Positions 42,039 through 51,904 of a DNA stretch of 58,027 bases are shown here, piece by piece (the stretch's first letter is position 1; each line of letters starts with the position of its first letter). The notes under the pieces were generated by a model. The model was not told where the DNA came from, made no database searches, and worked only from the letters and a program-made list of their open reading frames with translations. Source of the stretch: Pseudomonadales bacterium (GTDB lineage: Bacteria; Pseudomonadota; Gammaproteobacteria; Pseudomonadales; JANQJO01). Location: contig JANQJO010000100.1 in assembly GCA_028281605.1 (NCBI GenBank), positions 1 through 58,027 of the forward strand. Direction: 5' to 3'. The translations under genes were made by a program, and so were the position numbers.

Positions 42039-43070
42039 TTAATGAACGGCCTTTTGCAAACGCTTTAATTGATGCTCAGCCAATCTAGCAGCTGTGGTAT
42101 CTGGGTAAGATGATTGCAAAGATTCAAAAATTGCTACCGCTTCTGTCGTTTTATCCTGCCGATACAATAAAATTGCTTTTTTATACAAAACATCAGGCAC
42201 TTTCCCGTGATCCGGAAACTCTGTCAGTACACGTTCTAAATACGTCAAAGCTAAAGGTTCTTTTGAAGGCTTGCTTCTTAAAGCCAGCTCAGCCAACCAA
42301 TACAGCGCATTTGCAGTCAATGAAGCAGCTGGAAAGTCTTTTATAAATTGCTCAAAACCTTGCTCTGCTTGGACAAAATCCTTATTTTCTAAGGCTTTAT
42401 ACAAAATTTCATAACGTTGCTTTTGCGTAATCGCAGACCCCGCCGCTGTATTAACACTTGGCTTTTGTACTCTGGATACAGCCTTGGTTGTATGCGAGCC
42501 TTTTTGTAAAGTAGGCGATACACGTTGCACTACAGTCCCATCACTTAGGCCTGCTAAACGATTGATGCGCTCATCCAAATCTAAATATCGTCGAGTCTGC
42601 TGTTTTTTTAACAATTCCAACTCATGATAGGCCTTCTCCAGCTGACCTCTCAATTGCCGAACTTCGTCATCTAAAAGCTCTAACTGATGGTACAATTCCC
42701 ACAAGTCGACATCTTCGGTTTTAGTGGCACTTTGACGAGCAATGCCACGATCACCTGCACTAGGCACCTGAACCAATAAATCACTCTCAGCAATATCCAT
42801 GCTCCCAATTGGAGAAGCCTCAGAAGAATCTGACTTAACCGGCCATTGCGCTGGCTTTCGATGAGGGACCGCAGCAGTAGGCACAACAACCTTTTCCCCC
42901 ATTTTCAAAACGGGAATAGGCTGTGATTTGACTCCAAACTTTGCTTCTACTTCTACTTCTTCTATTTCTACCCCAGTCTCTTCAGCCATGATTGAAGCAG
43001 ATAGGCAGAAGTAAAAGCTAAGCAAAACAGTTATACGCAGCGAATATATATGCAAATAAGTAAGCGCCAT
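42039..43070 (-). CDS. cpoB: Tol-Pal system protein CpoB/YbgF
   Basis: Coiled coil (EVRQLRGQLE..RYLDLDER) and TPR (ANALYWL, KVPDVLYK, YPDTTAARLA); follows pal. Confidence 0.88.
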   Translation of the reverse strand: MALTYLHIYSLRITVLLSFYFCLSASIMAEETGVEIEEVEVEAKFGVKSQPIPVLKMGEKVVVPTAAVPHRKPAQWPVKSDSSEASPIGSMDIAESDLLVQVPSAGDRGIARQSATKTEDVDLWELYHQLELLDDEVRQLRGQLEKAYHELELLKKQQTRRYLDLDERINRLAGLSDGTVVQRVSPTLQKGSHTTKAVSRVQKPSVNTAAGSAITQKQRYEILYKALENKDFVQAEQGFEQFIKDFPAASLTANALYWLAELALRSKPSKEPLALTYLERVLTEFPDHGKVPDVLYKKAILLYRQDKTTEAVAIFESLQSSYPDTTAARLAEHQLKRLQKAVH

Positions 43071-43104
43071 CTTTACTATGACTCTTAGTTCAGCATTCTA
43101 ACAA

Positions 43105-43671
43105 TCAACGGTAGACCAATTCTACACGACGATTTCGTGTCCAAGAAGTTTCATTATGGCCATAATCTGCCGGTTTTTCTTCACCATAGCTGACCACTTC
43201 CATTTGACTATTGGAAACACCATTGATGCGTAAAAATCTAGCAACCGAATGGCCTCTTCTCTCACCCAAAGCAATATTGTACTCTCGTGTACCACGTTCA
43301 TCCGCATGACCTTCTAAACGCACTTTTAAACGGCTGTTGTTCGCAAGCTTACGAGCATGGGCTTTCAAAGCTGAATACGCCTCAGGTTGCACAATGGATT
43401 TGTCAAAATCAAAGAAAAAAACCGTCGTTCCCAGTAATGATGTATCTTCAGTCTTTCCAACATCAGATTGAGATTGCACTGAGCTGCCCGCTTGCGCCTG
43501 GTAAGCTTGGTAATTACTGTCATCAGAAGGCTCTTGAACGCTCGAGTTTGACGAATTTTCAATCGTGTCATCCGTTACCATAACATCCTCTGTTTTCGGT
43601 GTACTTGAACATCCTACAAACACCAACAAAACCATCAGCCCCAAACCTTGTACTGTTTTTATCAATCGCAT
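43105..43671 (-). CDS. pal: Peptidoglycan-associated lipoprotein
   Basis: Lipobox FVGC; FFDFDKS, EGHADERGTREYNIALGERR and NRRVEL motifs. Confidence 0.96.
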   Translation of the reverse strand: MRLIKTVQGLGLMVLLVFVGCSSTPKTEDVMVTDDTIENSSNSSVQEPSDDSNYQAYQAQAGSSVQSQSDVGKTEDTSLLGTTVFFFDFDKSIVQPEAYSALKAHARKLANNSRLKVRLEGHADERGTREYNIALGERRGHSVARFLRINGVSNSQMEVVSYGEEKPADYGHNETSWTRNRRVELVYR

Positions 43672-43781
43672 ATCAAACTCCTTTAAACGTTCTATCTACT
43701 TTGTACACCTAAATTTATACTGAATTTAAAACACAGCACTTGCCCCAACAAAAGTGAAACGCTAGATTAAAATACAAACAA

Positions 43782-45137
43782 TCAAGGCTGTTTCAAATAA
43801 GGGGACCAGGCTGGTTCACGCACCTCCCCAATCCTAGCGGGTAATCTTACCTTAACTTGGCCATCTAAAGATACTGCACTTAAGATACCCTTACCACGAT
43901 ATCGAGTCGCATAGATCACCATACTTGCATTAGGCGCCAGACTAGGCGTTTCATCCAAAGATGTCTCTGTCAAAACGTGAAACGTACCCCGCAACAAATC
44001 TTTCACAGCAATATGAAAACGCCCCTGTGAGCGATGCACCATGCCTAAAAATCGACCATCAGCAGACAACACACCCTTAGCATTATAGGACCCTTGAAAC
44101 GTCAAGCGCCGCAAAGAACCGTCTTGTAAGCCCAACTCATACAGCTGTGGCCCTCCACCACGATCCGAGGTAAAGATTAAACTCTTACCATGAGGCATCC
44201 AAGTAGGTTCTGTATCAATAGCATGATGATCAGTCAAGCGAACCAGATTCTTGTTGGCTATTTCTAGCAGATAAATCTCCGGATTACCATCTTTAGACAA
44301 CACCAGGGCCATATAACGACCGTCTGGAGACCAAGCAGGTGCCCCATTAATGCCCTTGAAGTAAGTCAATTGCTGTTGTTGGCCTGTTGTAATATCATGC
44401 AAGTAAATTCCTGGCTTACGGCCTTTATGATAAGAAACATAAGCAATCTGTTTAGCATCAGGAGACCAAGTAGGAGACAAAATAGGTTCATCAGACTGAA
44501 ATAAAGTCACCATACGATGACCATCACTGTCGGCTCGCTTCAATTTGTAAATTTGATCCAAACCTTTACGCTCAACTGAAACATATAATATTTGAGTCGA
44601 GAAGGCGCCACGAACACCGGTGATTTTTTCATAAACTTGATCGCTGACATGATGACTGATGTCTCTAATATTACCTCCAACCCCTTTTTCTGTGAACAAA
44701 AGTCTTTCACGCACCACATCGTAGAGTGCAAACTGATAGCTCAAGGCTTGATCGTTACTCGGTGCAAGTGACCCTATGACCAAGTAATCTACCTCTAAAG
44801 CACGCCATTCTCGAAATAAAATCTCCGTCTCCACAGACGGTCGGCTCAACATCGCTGCCGCATCCAAAGGTTTAAACAAGCCACTACGATACAAATCAGC
44901 ATTGACAATGGTATTGACATTTACTGGCAGCAGGCCAGATCCCTGCCACTGAAAAGGCACTATGGCTATCGAAGTTTGCTGATCAATACCTGAAGTAATC
45001 TCAATCACCAACTCGGTTGCTTCTTGCGTTGCCGCCTGAGCACCAACCACGAACATCAAGAACAAAATGTACCAAGGCACATAAGCTCGATTCTGTTGAT
45101 CACTCATACGATTTTTTAATTGACAAGTTACACTCAA
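43782..45137 (-). CDS. tolB: Tol-Pal beta-propeller protein
   Basis: IAIVPF, DLYRSGLF and PD40 repeats (SPTWSPD, APAWSPDG, EPAWSP). Start uncertain. Confidence 0.95.
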   Translation of the reverse strand: MSVTCQLKNRMSDQQNRAYVPWYILFLMFVVGAQAATQEATELVIEITSGIDQQTSIAIVPFQWQGSGLLPVNVNTIVNADLYRSGLFKPLDAAAMLSRPSVETEILFREWRALEVDYLVIGSLAPSNDQALSYQFALYDVVRERLLFTEKGVGGNIRDISHHVSDQVYEKITGVRGAFSTQILYVSVERKGLDQIYKLKRADSDGHRMVTLFQSDEPILSPTWSPDAKQIAYVSYHKGRKPGIYLHDITTGQQQQLTYFKGINGAPAWSPDGRYMALVLSKDGNPEIYLLEIANKNLVRLTDHHAIDTEPTWMPHGKSLIFTSDRGGGPQLYELGLQDGSLRRLTFQGSYNAKGVLSADGRFLGMVHRSQGRFHIAVKDLLRGTFHVLTETSLDETPSLAPNASMVIYATRYRGKGILSAVSLDGQVKVRLPARIGEVREPAWSPYLKQP

Positions 45138-45922
45138 AGAGGCAAATCCTCTGGTCTAAATGGAAATTGTATACTACGGAAATACTGATCGAAAATCTTA
45201 GGATCATCAGGCACAGGTAAAGTTCCTACTCTTTGCATCGCCTTTAAGGCAGCACGATCTAAGGCCGCATCTCCACTCGATTTGATGAGAGTCACTTGGT
45301 TCACTAGCCCATCAGGCAGTAATTTTACCAACAATACAGTTTCCATGCCATTACGAGCACTGGCCGGTCGCGACCACTGCTGTTCGATAGAGCGCCTAAT
45401 AAGCCCCATATACTCTTCCACAACAGCCACTTCTTCTGCCAAAGCAGCTTGTTCTGCTTGAATTTGGGCTTCCAATGCCTGCATGGTTTGTGCCTCTTGC
45501 TCTAGAAGCACATTCAAATCAGGCTCTATAGGCAAAGCCAAAGTCGGCTTTTTCGGCCGAGGCGGTGCTTCTTTCTTTTTTTTGGGCTGAGCCTGAGTCT
45601 TAGGTTGAGCAGACTTGTTCTGCTTTTGTTCTACACTGGCTTTAGGTTTACGCACTGTTTTTGCAGCAGGCTTAACCTTATCTTTAGGTTGGGGTTGTTT
45701 TGATTTTTTATCAGTTTTTATTGCTGGCTGCTGTGACTTTTCAGCCTTTATTGCGGGCATTAAACTCACCTGCATAAACAAAGGTCGTGGATGCGGCTTC
45801 ACTTCAGAATTGAGCCAACCCGCACTCACAGCAATAAGCAAAATGATTACAATGTGAAACGTCAAACTCCACAAAGTAGCAAGCCAATAACTACTAGGTT
45901 TAAATACTTTTGTTGTCATCAA
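45134..45922 (-). CDS. tolA: Cell envelope integrity protein TolA
   Basis: TM with S..FH motif, K/P/Q-rich linker, C-terminal WSRP..SSGDAALDRAA; between tolR and tolB. Confidence 0.85.
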   Translation of the reverse strand: MMTTKVFKPSSYWLATLWSLTFHIVIILLIAVSAGWLNSEVKPHPRPLFMQVSLMPAIKAEKSQQPAIKTDKKSKQPQPKDKVKPAAKTVRKPKASVEQKQNKSAQPKTQAQPKKKKEAPPRPKKPTLALPIEPDLNVLLEQEAQTMQALEAQIQAEQAALAEEVAVVEEYMGLIRRSIEQQWSRPASARNGMETVLLVKLLPDGLVNQVTLIKSSGDAALDRAALKAMQRVGTLPVPDDPKIFDQYFRSIQFPFRPEDLPL

Positions 45923-45979
45923 CGCTTTGTTCTCAAAACCGTTCCTAGGCTTACAGCAACTTACTTTTTTATACTAAAA

Positions 45980-46399
45980 TTATTCGGTTGTTTTTAAATC
46001 AGAAGTAATCAACCCTACCCCTTTGACTCCAGTTTTCTGCAATTCACTCATCAAAAATATCACTTTTGCATAAGGCACTCGACCATCCCCTTCAATCAAA
46101 ACTTGTGCATTAGGCTTCTGCTGAAGAATTTTTCGAATTTGGTCTTGTATCTCTAGCAAATCAGTGGGCTGATCAGGGGTTTTGACCAAATTAAAATAAT
46201 ATTGGCCTTGCTGATCAATAGAAACAATTAAGGGTTCTTCTTTTTGCGGTAAAGATGGAGCATCCGCTGCTGGCAACTGCAGCACAATGCCTTGTGTAAT
46301 TAATGGGGCTGTTACCATAAAGACGACCAACAGCACCAACATTACATCAATGTAAGGTACTACGTTAATATCAGAGATGGGTCTTTTACGCACTGGCAT
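45980..46399 (-). CDS. tolR: Tol-Pal motor protein TolR
   Basis: INVVPYIDVMLVLLVVFMVTAP signature. Confidence 0.93.
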   Translation of the reverse strand: MPVRKRPISDINVVPYIDVMLVLLVVFMVTAPLITQGIVLQLPAADAPSLPQKEEPLIVSIDQQGQYYFNLVKTPDQPTDLLEIQDQIRKILQQKPNAQVLIEGDGRVPYAKVIFLMSELQKTGVKGVGLITSDLKTTE

Positions 46400-46566
46400 G
46401 GCTCATATCAACTAATGCCCTAGTTTAACCGGAATCATTATATAAGCACACAGCCCAACATTCAAGATTAAAAAGCAACCAAGAATAACCTTTGTTAGAC
46501 ATTTCCATATTCAAGTTCTATGATTTTTATAATCAACGCAAAAAAAAGCATCAAGGATCTAAAAAA

Positions 46567-47142
46567 ATGACAAACGAAAGCTGGATTTCGGCAAATGACC
46601 CTGAACTGTTAGCATCCATCACCAAACACGAAGGTGACAAAGAGACCATTTACAAATGCATCGAGAGCGGCTCTCTACAAACAGCCAACGGTTGTGATTT
46701 TCAGGCGTGCAAAGCTAAAAATCTTTGGCCTTCTTATTTGGATTCTGAAGGTTTACCTACCGTAGGCATAGGCCACTTAATTACTAACAAAGAAAAATAT
46801 GACTGTCATGCAGGCTTAACCGATGAACTTGTGATGCAGCAACTGGCAGAAGATGTCCAAACTCATTTAAATGGCGCAAAAAAATTGGCAGAACAACTGA
46901 ATATGCAAATAGAGAGTAATCTTATTGTTCAGCGCTTTATGACAGAAATGTGTTTTAACATTGGGGCGAACGCTTATGCTAATTTCAAAAATGGGCTCAA
47001 AAAACTAAGATCCGCTGTCAATGGAGATGGCGAGTTTACTTATAATAATGCGGCCGATGAACATCTAAATTCAAAGTGGGCCAGGCAAGTAAAAAGTCGC
47101 GCCACTGACATGGTCGATACGCTCAGAAAGCTTGATTCATAA
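46567..47142 (+). CDS. T4-like lysozyme (GH24-type)
   Basis: The plus strand directly reads TTG TTA GAC ATT..ATG ACA AAC GAA..GAT TCA TAA, so the track's minus label is wrong. Start set to the ATG at 46567 after AAGGA. KHEG, YLDSEGLPTVGIGHL, MCFNIG and SKWARQVKSRA match T4 lysozyme motifs. Confidence 0.85.
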   Translation: MTNESWISANDPELLASITKHEGDKETIYKCIESGSLQTANGCDFQACKAKNLWPSYLDSEGLPTVGIGHLITNKEKYDCHAGLTDELVMQQLAEDVQTHLNGAKKLAEQLNMQIESNLIVQRFMTEMCFNIGANAYANFKNGLKKLRSAVNGDGEFTYNNAADEHLNSKWARQVKSRATDMVDTLRKLDS

Positions 47143-47187
47143 CTTTTACGTAAGTACTAAAACAACCCTCATAACCCAATAAACCTA

Positions 47188-47286
47188 GGAACGTACACGA
47201 AATAACTTTAACATTTGTCACTCCTGAACTCGCTTTGCTCAAACACGCATCCGCTCTAAGCGTTAAAGTTATTTCATGCACGCTCC
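47188..47286 (-). mobile_element. Family 1 MITE-like element, copy G (99 bp)
   Basis: Copy A-type arms and core; CTA direct repeat on both sides. Confidence 0.87.
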
Positions 47287-47499
47287 CTACCCTAAACTTT
47301 CACTATATTTCTATAATGCTGAAAAACCGACCTATACATCAAAATATAACTTTACAAAAAATAATCAAGAACTGTAAAATAAACTTAATAAACCATTATC
47401 AAGCAGTAACAGTGTCTCATGAGTTAAATATATTGTTCTAATATGCCTATACAAAGGGTATAACAGTATCCATAAAACAAAATCAAAGAAAAAATAAAC

Positions 47500-50400
47500 A
47501 TGGATAACCCCAGACTTATTATCAATCAGACTCGAACAAACCCACGACAGGGTTCAGATGAAGCCTTACCCCCCAGCACGACTGTTCTCGCAAAAGTAAG
47601 CTCCGACCCTATAAAACCAATAAAAAGAGCATACCATACATTTTGCTCACATATGAGAGGACCAAAATCATGGATCAAAACCTTCAAAAATGCTCACCAA
47701 CGCCTACGATACACAACTGAAACGCGCGTTCTCAGAGCCGTATTAAAAAACAAAAAAAATCACCAAAATTTTGCTATCTCCAACTTCTTAACCAACAAAC
47801 CAGAACTAACAAATATACACCCAAAATATCTATCAAAACTACTTACATACGCCATAAAAAACAATGATGCAAACATTGCTTCTCTTATAATAACCAAGAC
47901 TGAACTGAAATTGCCACAAACTGCTAATGACCTCATCAGTTTATTAAACTTACTGGCCACGCACAAAAAAATACAAGCCATACAAGCTACTTTGAATAAA
48001 AGTGATTTGTCACATTTATTAGAACTAAATCTCCTAGACAGCATCACTCGTGATACAATATACGAATTAAAACTAGAAAAGTCATCAACAACAGCCTTAG
48101 AAGAAATTGTAAAAACAAGTTCAAATGATCACGAAAAAAAAATCGCAAGTAAAATTCTTGCATTCAGAGGCATAGCATCAAAACAAAGTTTTAGCTCAGT
48201 TAAGGATCATATAGAAGCTTTCCTTAACACTGAAGACACCACATTCAACACTAAAGACATACAAACTAAAAAGACCCTATTAATCTCTGCAATAGAAGAA
48301 ACAAATCCAGAAGCACTAAAGTATTTATTAAATAGGGGAGCAGACTTATTTACTCAAGATTTCGAAAATAAAAACGCTTTATTTTACATTGAGAAAAAAA
48401 AACAGCTACTCGCATCAAAAGAAATTAGAGAAACTTTAACAGCAATATTAGAAGAAAAAATAAAAACAATATATGAAACACCAAACCAACGAATAGGCTG
48501 CCTAATAGACCACCTAAAAAACCTAAATAAATTATGTGAAATTTGCTTTGTATCTGCTTTAAAGCATCAAGATACTAGAAATCTACAATATTTATTAAAC
48601 ATTATTACTTCAAAACAAGAAATTTTCAGCAAAGAAACTGGTTTAAAAATTTTAACCCACACCTACCGAACCCAAAATATCAATATTATCAACCTGGTAC
48701 AGGAAAAAAGGCTTAATTTTATACTTAACTTAGAAAACATAAAAGGGACTTCCCTCAAAATTAAAAGTTTACCCGACCTCGACATATTAGATCTTTTAAA
48801 AATAACTGGATTAATAGAAGCTAGCCGAATACCCGACACAGATCAAATGGAATTCTTTTTAGCAGAACCATATAATAATCAAAACCACACAGCTATCATA
48901 CAAGTTAAAATAGCGCTATTAACCGATGTGTGCACACGTGGCGATAACAGACTATTAAGAATATTTATCAAACAATCCAATTTTATTTTTAACTCAGATA
49001 CAGTAAAAGCAGCTTACAAAGAAATTAAAAGGCACATATCATCCAACCCCGACTTCACCAACCTTACTAGCATAACACAATGCTGTGATCAACTTATCCA
49101 AGCTGGATTAAAGCAATCGATTATGGAAGGCAATATAGAAAACACAAGATTTTTTATAGAAAAAAAAACCGATCATAAAGTCAGTCTATCTAGAAAATTT
49201 CAATACCAACTTTTAATACTAGCAATCAACAGTAAAAACAATGCTACAGTAGAAACTTTACTAGCAAGCCCTCTTCGCCACATCAGAGATAAAGAAATAT
49301 TACAGAAAGCTAGCCAAAAAAACACCACTAAAGAGATAAAAGAGACAATCGGTGTGTTTAGTACGGACTCTTTCAACGACTTGCGAACAGCAATTAAAGA
49401 GAATAACACAATTAAATTTCATAATCTTTATACTCTATTCATCAATAACACACCAAAAAGGACTGCAATAGCTACAGCACTACTACACACAGCCTTAGCC
49501 TACAAAGTTGATGACGATATCATCATGGAACTTATCAAATATGGTGTCAATGCAAATTGGTATTGTTATAACAAAACACCTTTGATAATGGCCATTGAAC
49601 AGGGGAAATGGAAAGTCATGAATCAATTACTTGCCAAAGGAGCTGATGCCTCTCTTCGCGACAAAAAATATGATTATACTCCTTTATATTACATTTTAGA
49701 CTTAGATGAAATCGACACTACAAAGGCTTTCACCTCTTTTCTAAAACACAGCCCAACAACATTACACGACAATTTGACACTAGAGGTAGAAATTACACTC
49801 TACAATTACCTTCTGGGCAATAAAAACATAACTCAACGAGAAGAAAAAATAGCGGCTTTACTAAAAATTCCGCACGTTCAATTGAGTTCTACACAAAATG
49901 CTCATGACCCTATCACTGCCATATCGTACTCTAAAATCAAAACAAAATTAGATCAATACACTCAATCTAACACCCCAACAAACACCAGTAACATCCTTAA
50001 AGAAACGTGGAATCTTATATTTGAAGAAAAAATACCTGAAAGTATAATGGAATCAAATTCTTTTGAAACAAGCGTTGTTGAACTTGAACAAGCTCTTAAT
50101 AAAAAAACGCCAAAGACGGGAAATATAGAACAACTGAAAAGTTTTTTCACTGTCATGTTCTACTATCACACAAGCCCACACGCATCGAAAAAGGCCATAC
50201 AATTCATTGAGCAAACATGGCGAATGATTCAATGCATTGAAACAGACCCAGAAATTCTACAGCACTTATTTTTACATGAAAATAATCATTCAATGAATAA
50301 AGAATTACTAAAAGAAACATGTATTGAAAGTTTTATCAAATCCATAAGCAGCATACATATACATTATGATGCATATAACAAAAAAACATTCCAAATTTAT

Positions 50401-50850
50401 TGCATAGACGGCCAAATAGGCAGAATTTGTTCAACCTTTACAGGCATTTTCAAGGGCTTTGAGCTAAACAGCCTAGAGCTGTTAAATAACAGCATTCTAA
50501 ACCTCATCCATCAAAAAGCAGAAGAATATTTTCAAAATCATAAAGATCAGAAACAACTCTTAGAGCATTTAGAAAAACAGAAAAATCAGGCAACAACACA
50601 AACTGATAAAGATAAGTTAGAAAATATCAATAAACAGCTACAAGGCTTAAATCAAAAGCTTTTTAAATACATTGAAGCTGCCATTATAGAACAATACTCA
50701 AACGATCAAACTCAATCTGAAAGCCCTGACAATAAATTGATAAGGCTCTGCGTTAATGCACTCATCGGCAAACATCTTTCTGAAAATGGCTACTTTATAT
50801 ATAACGAAGAAGAAACAGACATATTATTGACAGATAATATATCCCTATAG
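47500..50850 (+). CDS. Large ankyrin-repeat protein, putative effector
   Basis: Ankyrin motifs (KTLLISAIEE..LLNRGAD; KTPLIMAIEQG..LLAKGAD; YTPLYY); very A-rich; no signal peptide. Confidence 0.8.
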   Translation: MDNPRLIINQTRTNPRQGSDEALPPSTTVLAKVSSDPIKPIKRAYHTFCSHMRGPKSWIKTFKNAHQRLRYTTETRVLRAVLKNKKNHQNFAISNFLTNKPELTNIHPKYLSKLLTYAIKNNDANIASLIITKTELKLPQTANDLISLLNLLATHKKIQAIQATLNKSDLSHLLELNLLDSITRDTIYELKLEKSSTTALEEIVKTSSNDHEKKIASKILAFRGIASKQSFSSVKDHIEAFLNTEDTTFNTKDIQTKKTLLISAIEETNPEALKYLLNRGADLFTQDFENKNALFYIEKKKQLLASKEIRETLTAILEEKIKTIYETPNQRIGCLIDHLKNLNKLCEICFVSALKHQDTRNLQYLLNIITSKQEIFSKETGLKILTHTYRTQNINIINLVQEKRLNFILNLENIKGTSLKIKSLPDLDILDLLKITGLIEASRIPDTDQMEFFLAEPYNNQNHTAIIQVKIALLTDVCTRGDNRLLRIFIKQSNFIFNSDTVKAAYKEIKRHISSNPDFTNLTSITQCCDQLIQAGLKQSIMEGNIENTRFFIEKKTDHKVSLSRKFQYQLLILAINSKNNATVETLLASPLRHIRDKEILQKASQKNTTKEIKETIGVFSTDSFNDLRTAIKENNTIKFHNLYTLFINNTPKRTAIATALLHTALAYKVDDDIIMELIKYGVNANWYCYNKTPLIMAIEQGKWKVMNQLLAKGADASLRDKKYDYTPLYYILDLDEIDTTKAFTSFLKHSPTTLHDNLTLEVEITLYNYLLGNKNITQREEKIAALLKIPHVQLSSTQNAHDPITAISYSKIKTKLDQYTQSNTPTNTSNILKETWNLIFEEKIPESIMESNSFETSVVELEQALNKKTPKTGNIEQLKSFFTVMFYYHTSPHASKKAIQFIEQTWRMIQCIETDPEILQHLFLHENNHSMNKELLKETCIESFIKSISSIHIHYDAYNKKTFQIYCIDGQIGRICSTFTGIFKGFELNSLELLNNSILNLIHQKAEEYFQNHKDQKQLLEHLEKQKNQATTQTDKDKLENINKQLQGLNQKLFKYIEAAIIEQYSNDQTQSESPDNKLIRLCVNALIGKHLSENGYFIYNEEETDILLTDNISL

Positions 50851-50970
50851 CGGTTTTCAGAATGGTTAGATGTAGGCGCCGACAAGTGAGAGCCGCTGAG
50901 TGTATAAATAATACATGATGCGGTCGATCGAGGAAGGCAACAACCATTAACCTTTCTGAAAGCCGCTATA
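50846..50970 (+). mobile_element. Family 3 ERIC/Correia-like element, copy 2 (~125 bp)
   Basis: Arms TATAGCGGTTTTCAGAATGGTTA / TAACCTTTCTGAAAGCCGCTATA; core GAGTGTATAAATAATACATGA...GGCAACAA. Its first bases provide the TAG stop of the ankyrin gene. Confidence 0.78.
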
Positions 50971-51069
50971 TAACTCAATGGCGGCATCCAAAATAAATAT
51001 CGAATTATTCTGTATTTCTCTATAATCGAGTCAAAGGGGCATCGCCCATCATATTTACTTTACTTCCTC

Positions 51070-51900
51070 CTAAAAAGAAATCGTCAACCGACAATGTTGC
51101 AAAACTGGGAAATCAGATCGTAAACGCTCTACTTTTTTTACATCAAAATCTGCAACAATCACTGCAGACCCATAGCGTGCTTCTCCCAAAAACGTACCCC
51201 ATGGATCTACGATACAACTGTGCCCGTAAGTCTTTCTTTTCCTGTCATGCTGCCCACCTTGATTACAGGCCACTACATAGGCTAAATTTTCAATAGCTCT
51301 TGTTCGAACCAGGCTATGCCAGTGTGCCTGCCCCGTTTTTTCTGTAAAAGCACTGGGTACTAAAAAAATTTGCGCACCTTTTTGTGCCATGTAACGAAAT
51401 AATTCTGGAAACCTTAAATCGTAACATACCGCTAACCCCACTTTCCCGAAAGGTGTCTCAACAACTTCTATACTATCTCCACCAGTAAATGTATCAGATT
51501 CACAATACGCACCTACTTTATCACCAACAATGGCATCAAATAAATGCATTTTATGGTATTCAGCAACGCTACAACCCATCTCATCAATCAAAACAGCACT
51601 TGAAAATAACTTATCTCGTTTTTCTGTCACATCAATCGATAACTGTGGTTGAGTACCACAGCATATCCAAACTTGATGCTTACGAGCAAAAGCAGCCAAT
51701 TCGTCCCGAACTTGAGTATGCTTTACCGTATCTTCAGCATAATCCCGATAATGATTGTGCGAAAATACAATAAAATGCTCTGGCAATACCAACAACTTGG
51801 CTTCTTCAGTCACAGCTTGTATCATCAAACGCAAAGCCGTCTCAAGATTAACCTGCCAATCAGAACCACTGACCATTTGTATAGATGCCACTCTTACCAC
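51070..51900 (-). CDS. Carbon-nitrogen hydrolase (Nit1-like)
   Basis: Glu-Lys-Cys triad: VLPE, YHKMHLFD, VCYDLRFPE; follows yhdP as in many Gammaproteobacteria. Confidence 0.92.
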   Translation of the reverse strand: MVRVASIQMVSGSDWQVNLETALRLMIQAVTEEAKLLVLPEHFIVFSHNHYRDYAEDTVKHTQVRDELAAFARKHQVWICCGTQPQLSIDVTEKRDKLFSSAVLIDEMGCSVAEYHKMHLFDAIVGDKVGAYCESDTFTGGDSIEVVETPFGKVGLAVCYDLRFPELFRYMAQKGAQIFLVPSAFTEKTGQAHWHSLVRTRAIENLAYVVACNQGGQHDRKRKTYGHSCIVDPWGTFLGEARYGSAVIVADFDVKKVERLRSDFPVLQHCRLTISF

Positions 51901-51904
51901 TAAT

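Noticed and set aside
46492-47142. ORF-track strand label '-' for the lysozyme
   Set aside because: The listed protein translates directly from the plus strand (TTG at 46492, TAA at 47140-47142).
1439-47441. Short ORFs 1439..1714, 4844..5077, 21559..21792, 35274..35483, 35284..35496 and 47235..47441
   Set aside because: They are read-throughs of the palindromic elements (several share the peptide LKHASA) and mostly overlap real genes.
46400-50850. Prophage remnant around the lysozyme
   Set aside because: No holin, integrase, structural or other phage genes nearby.
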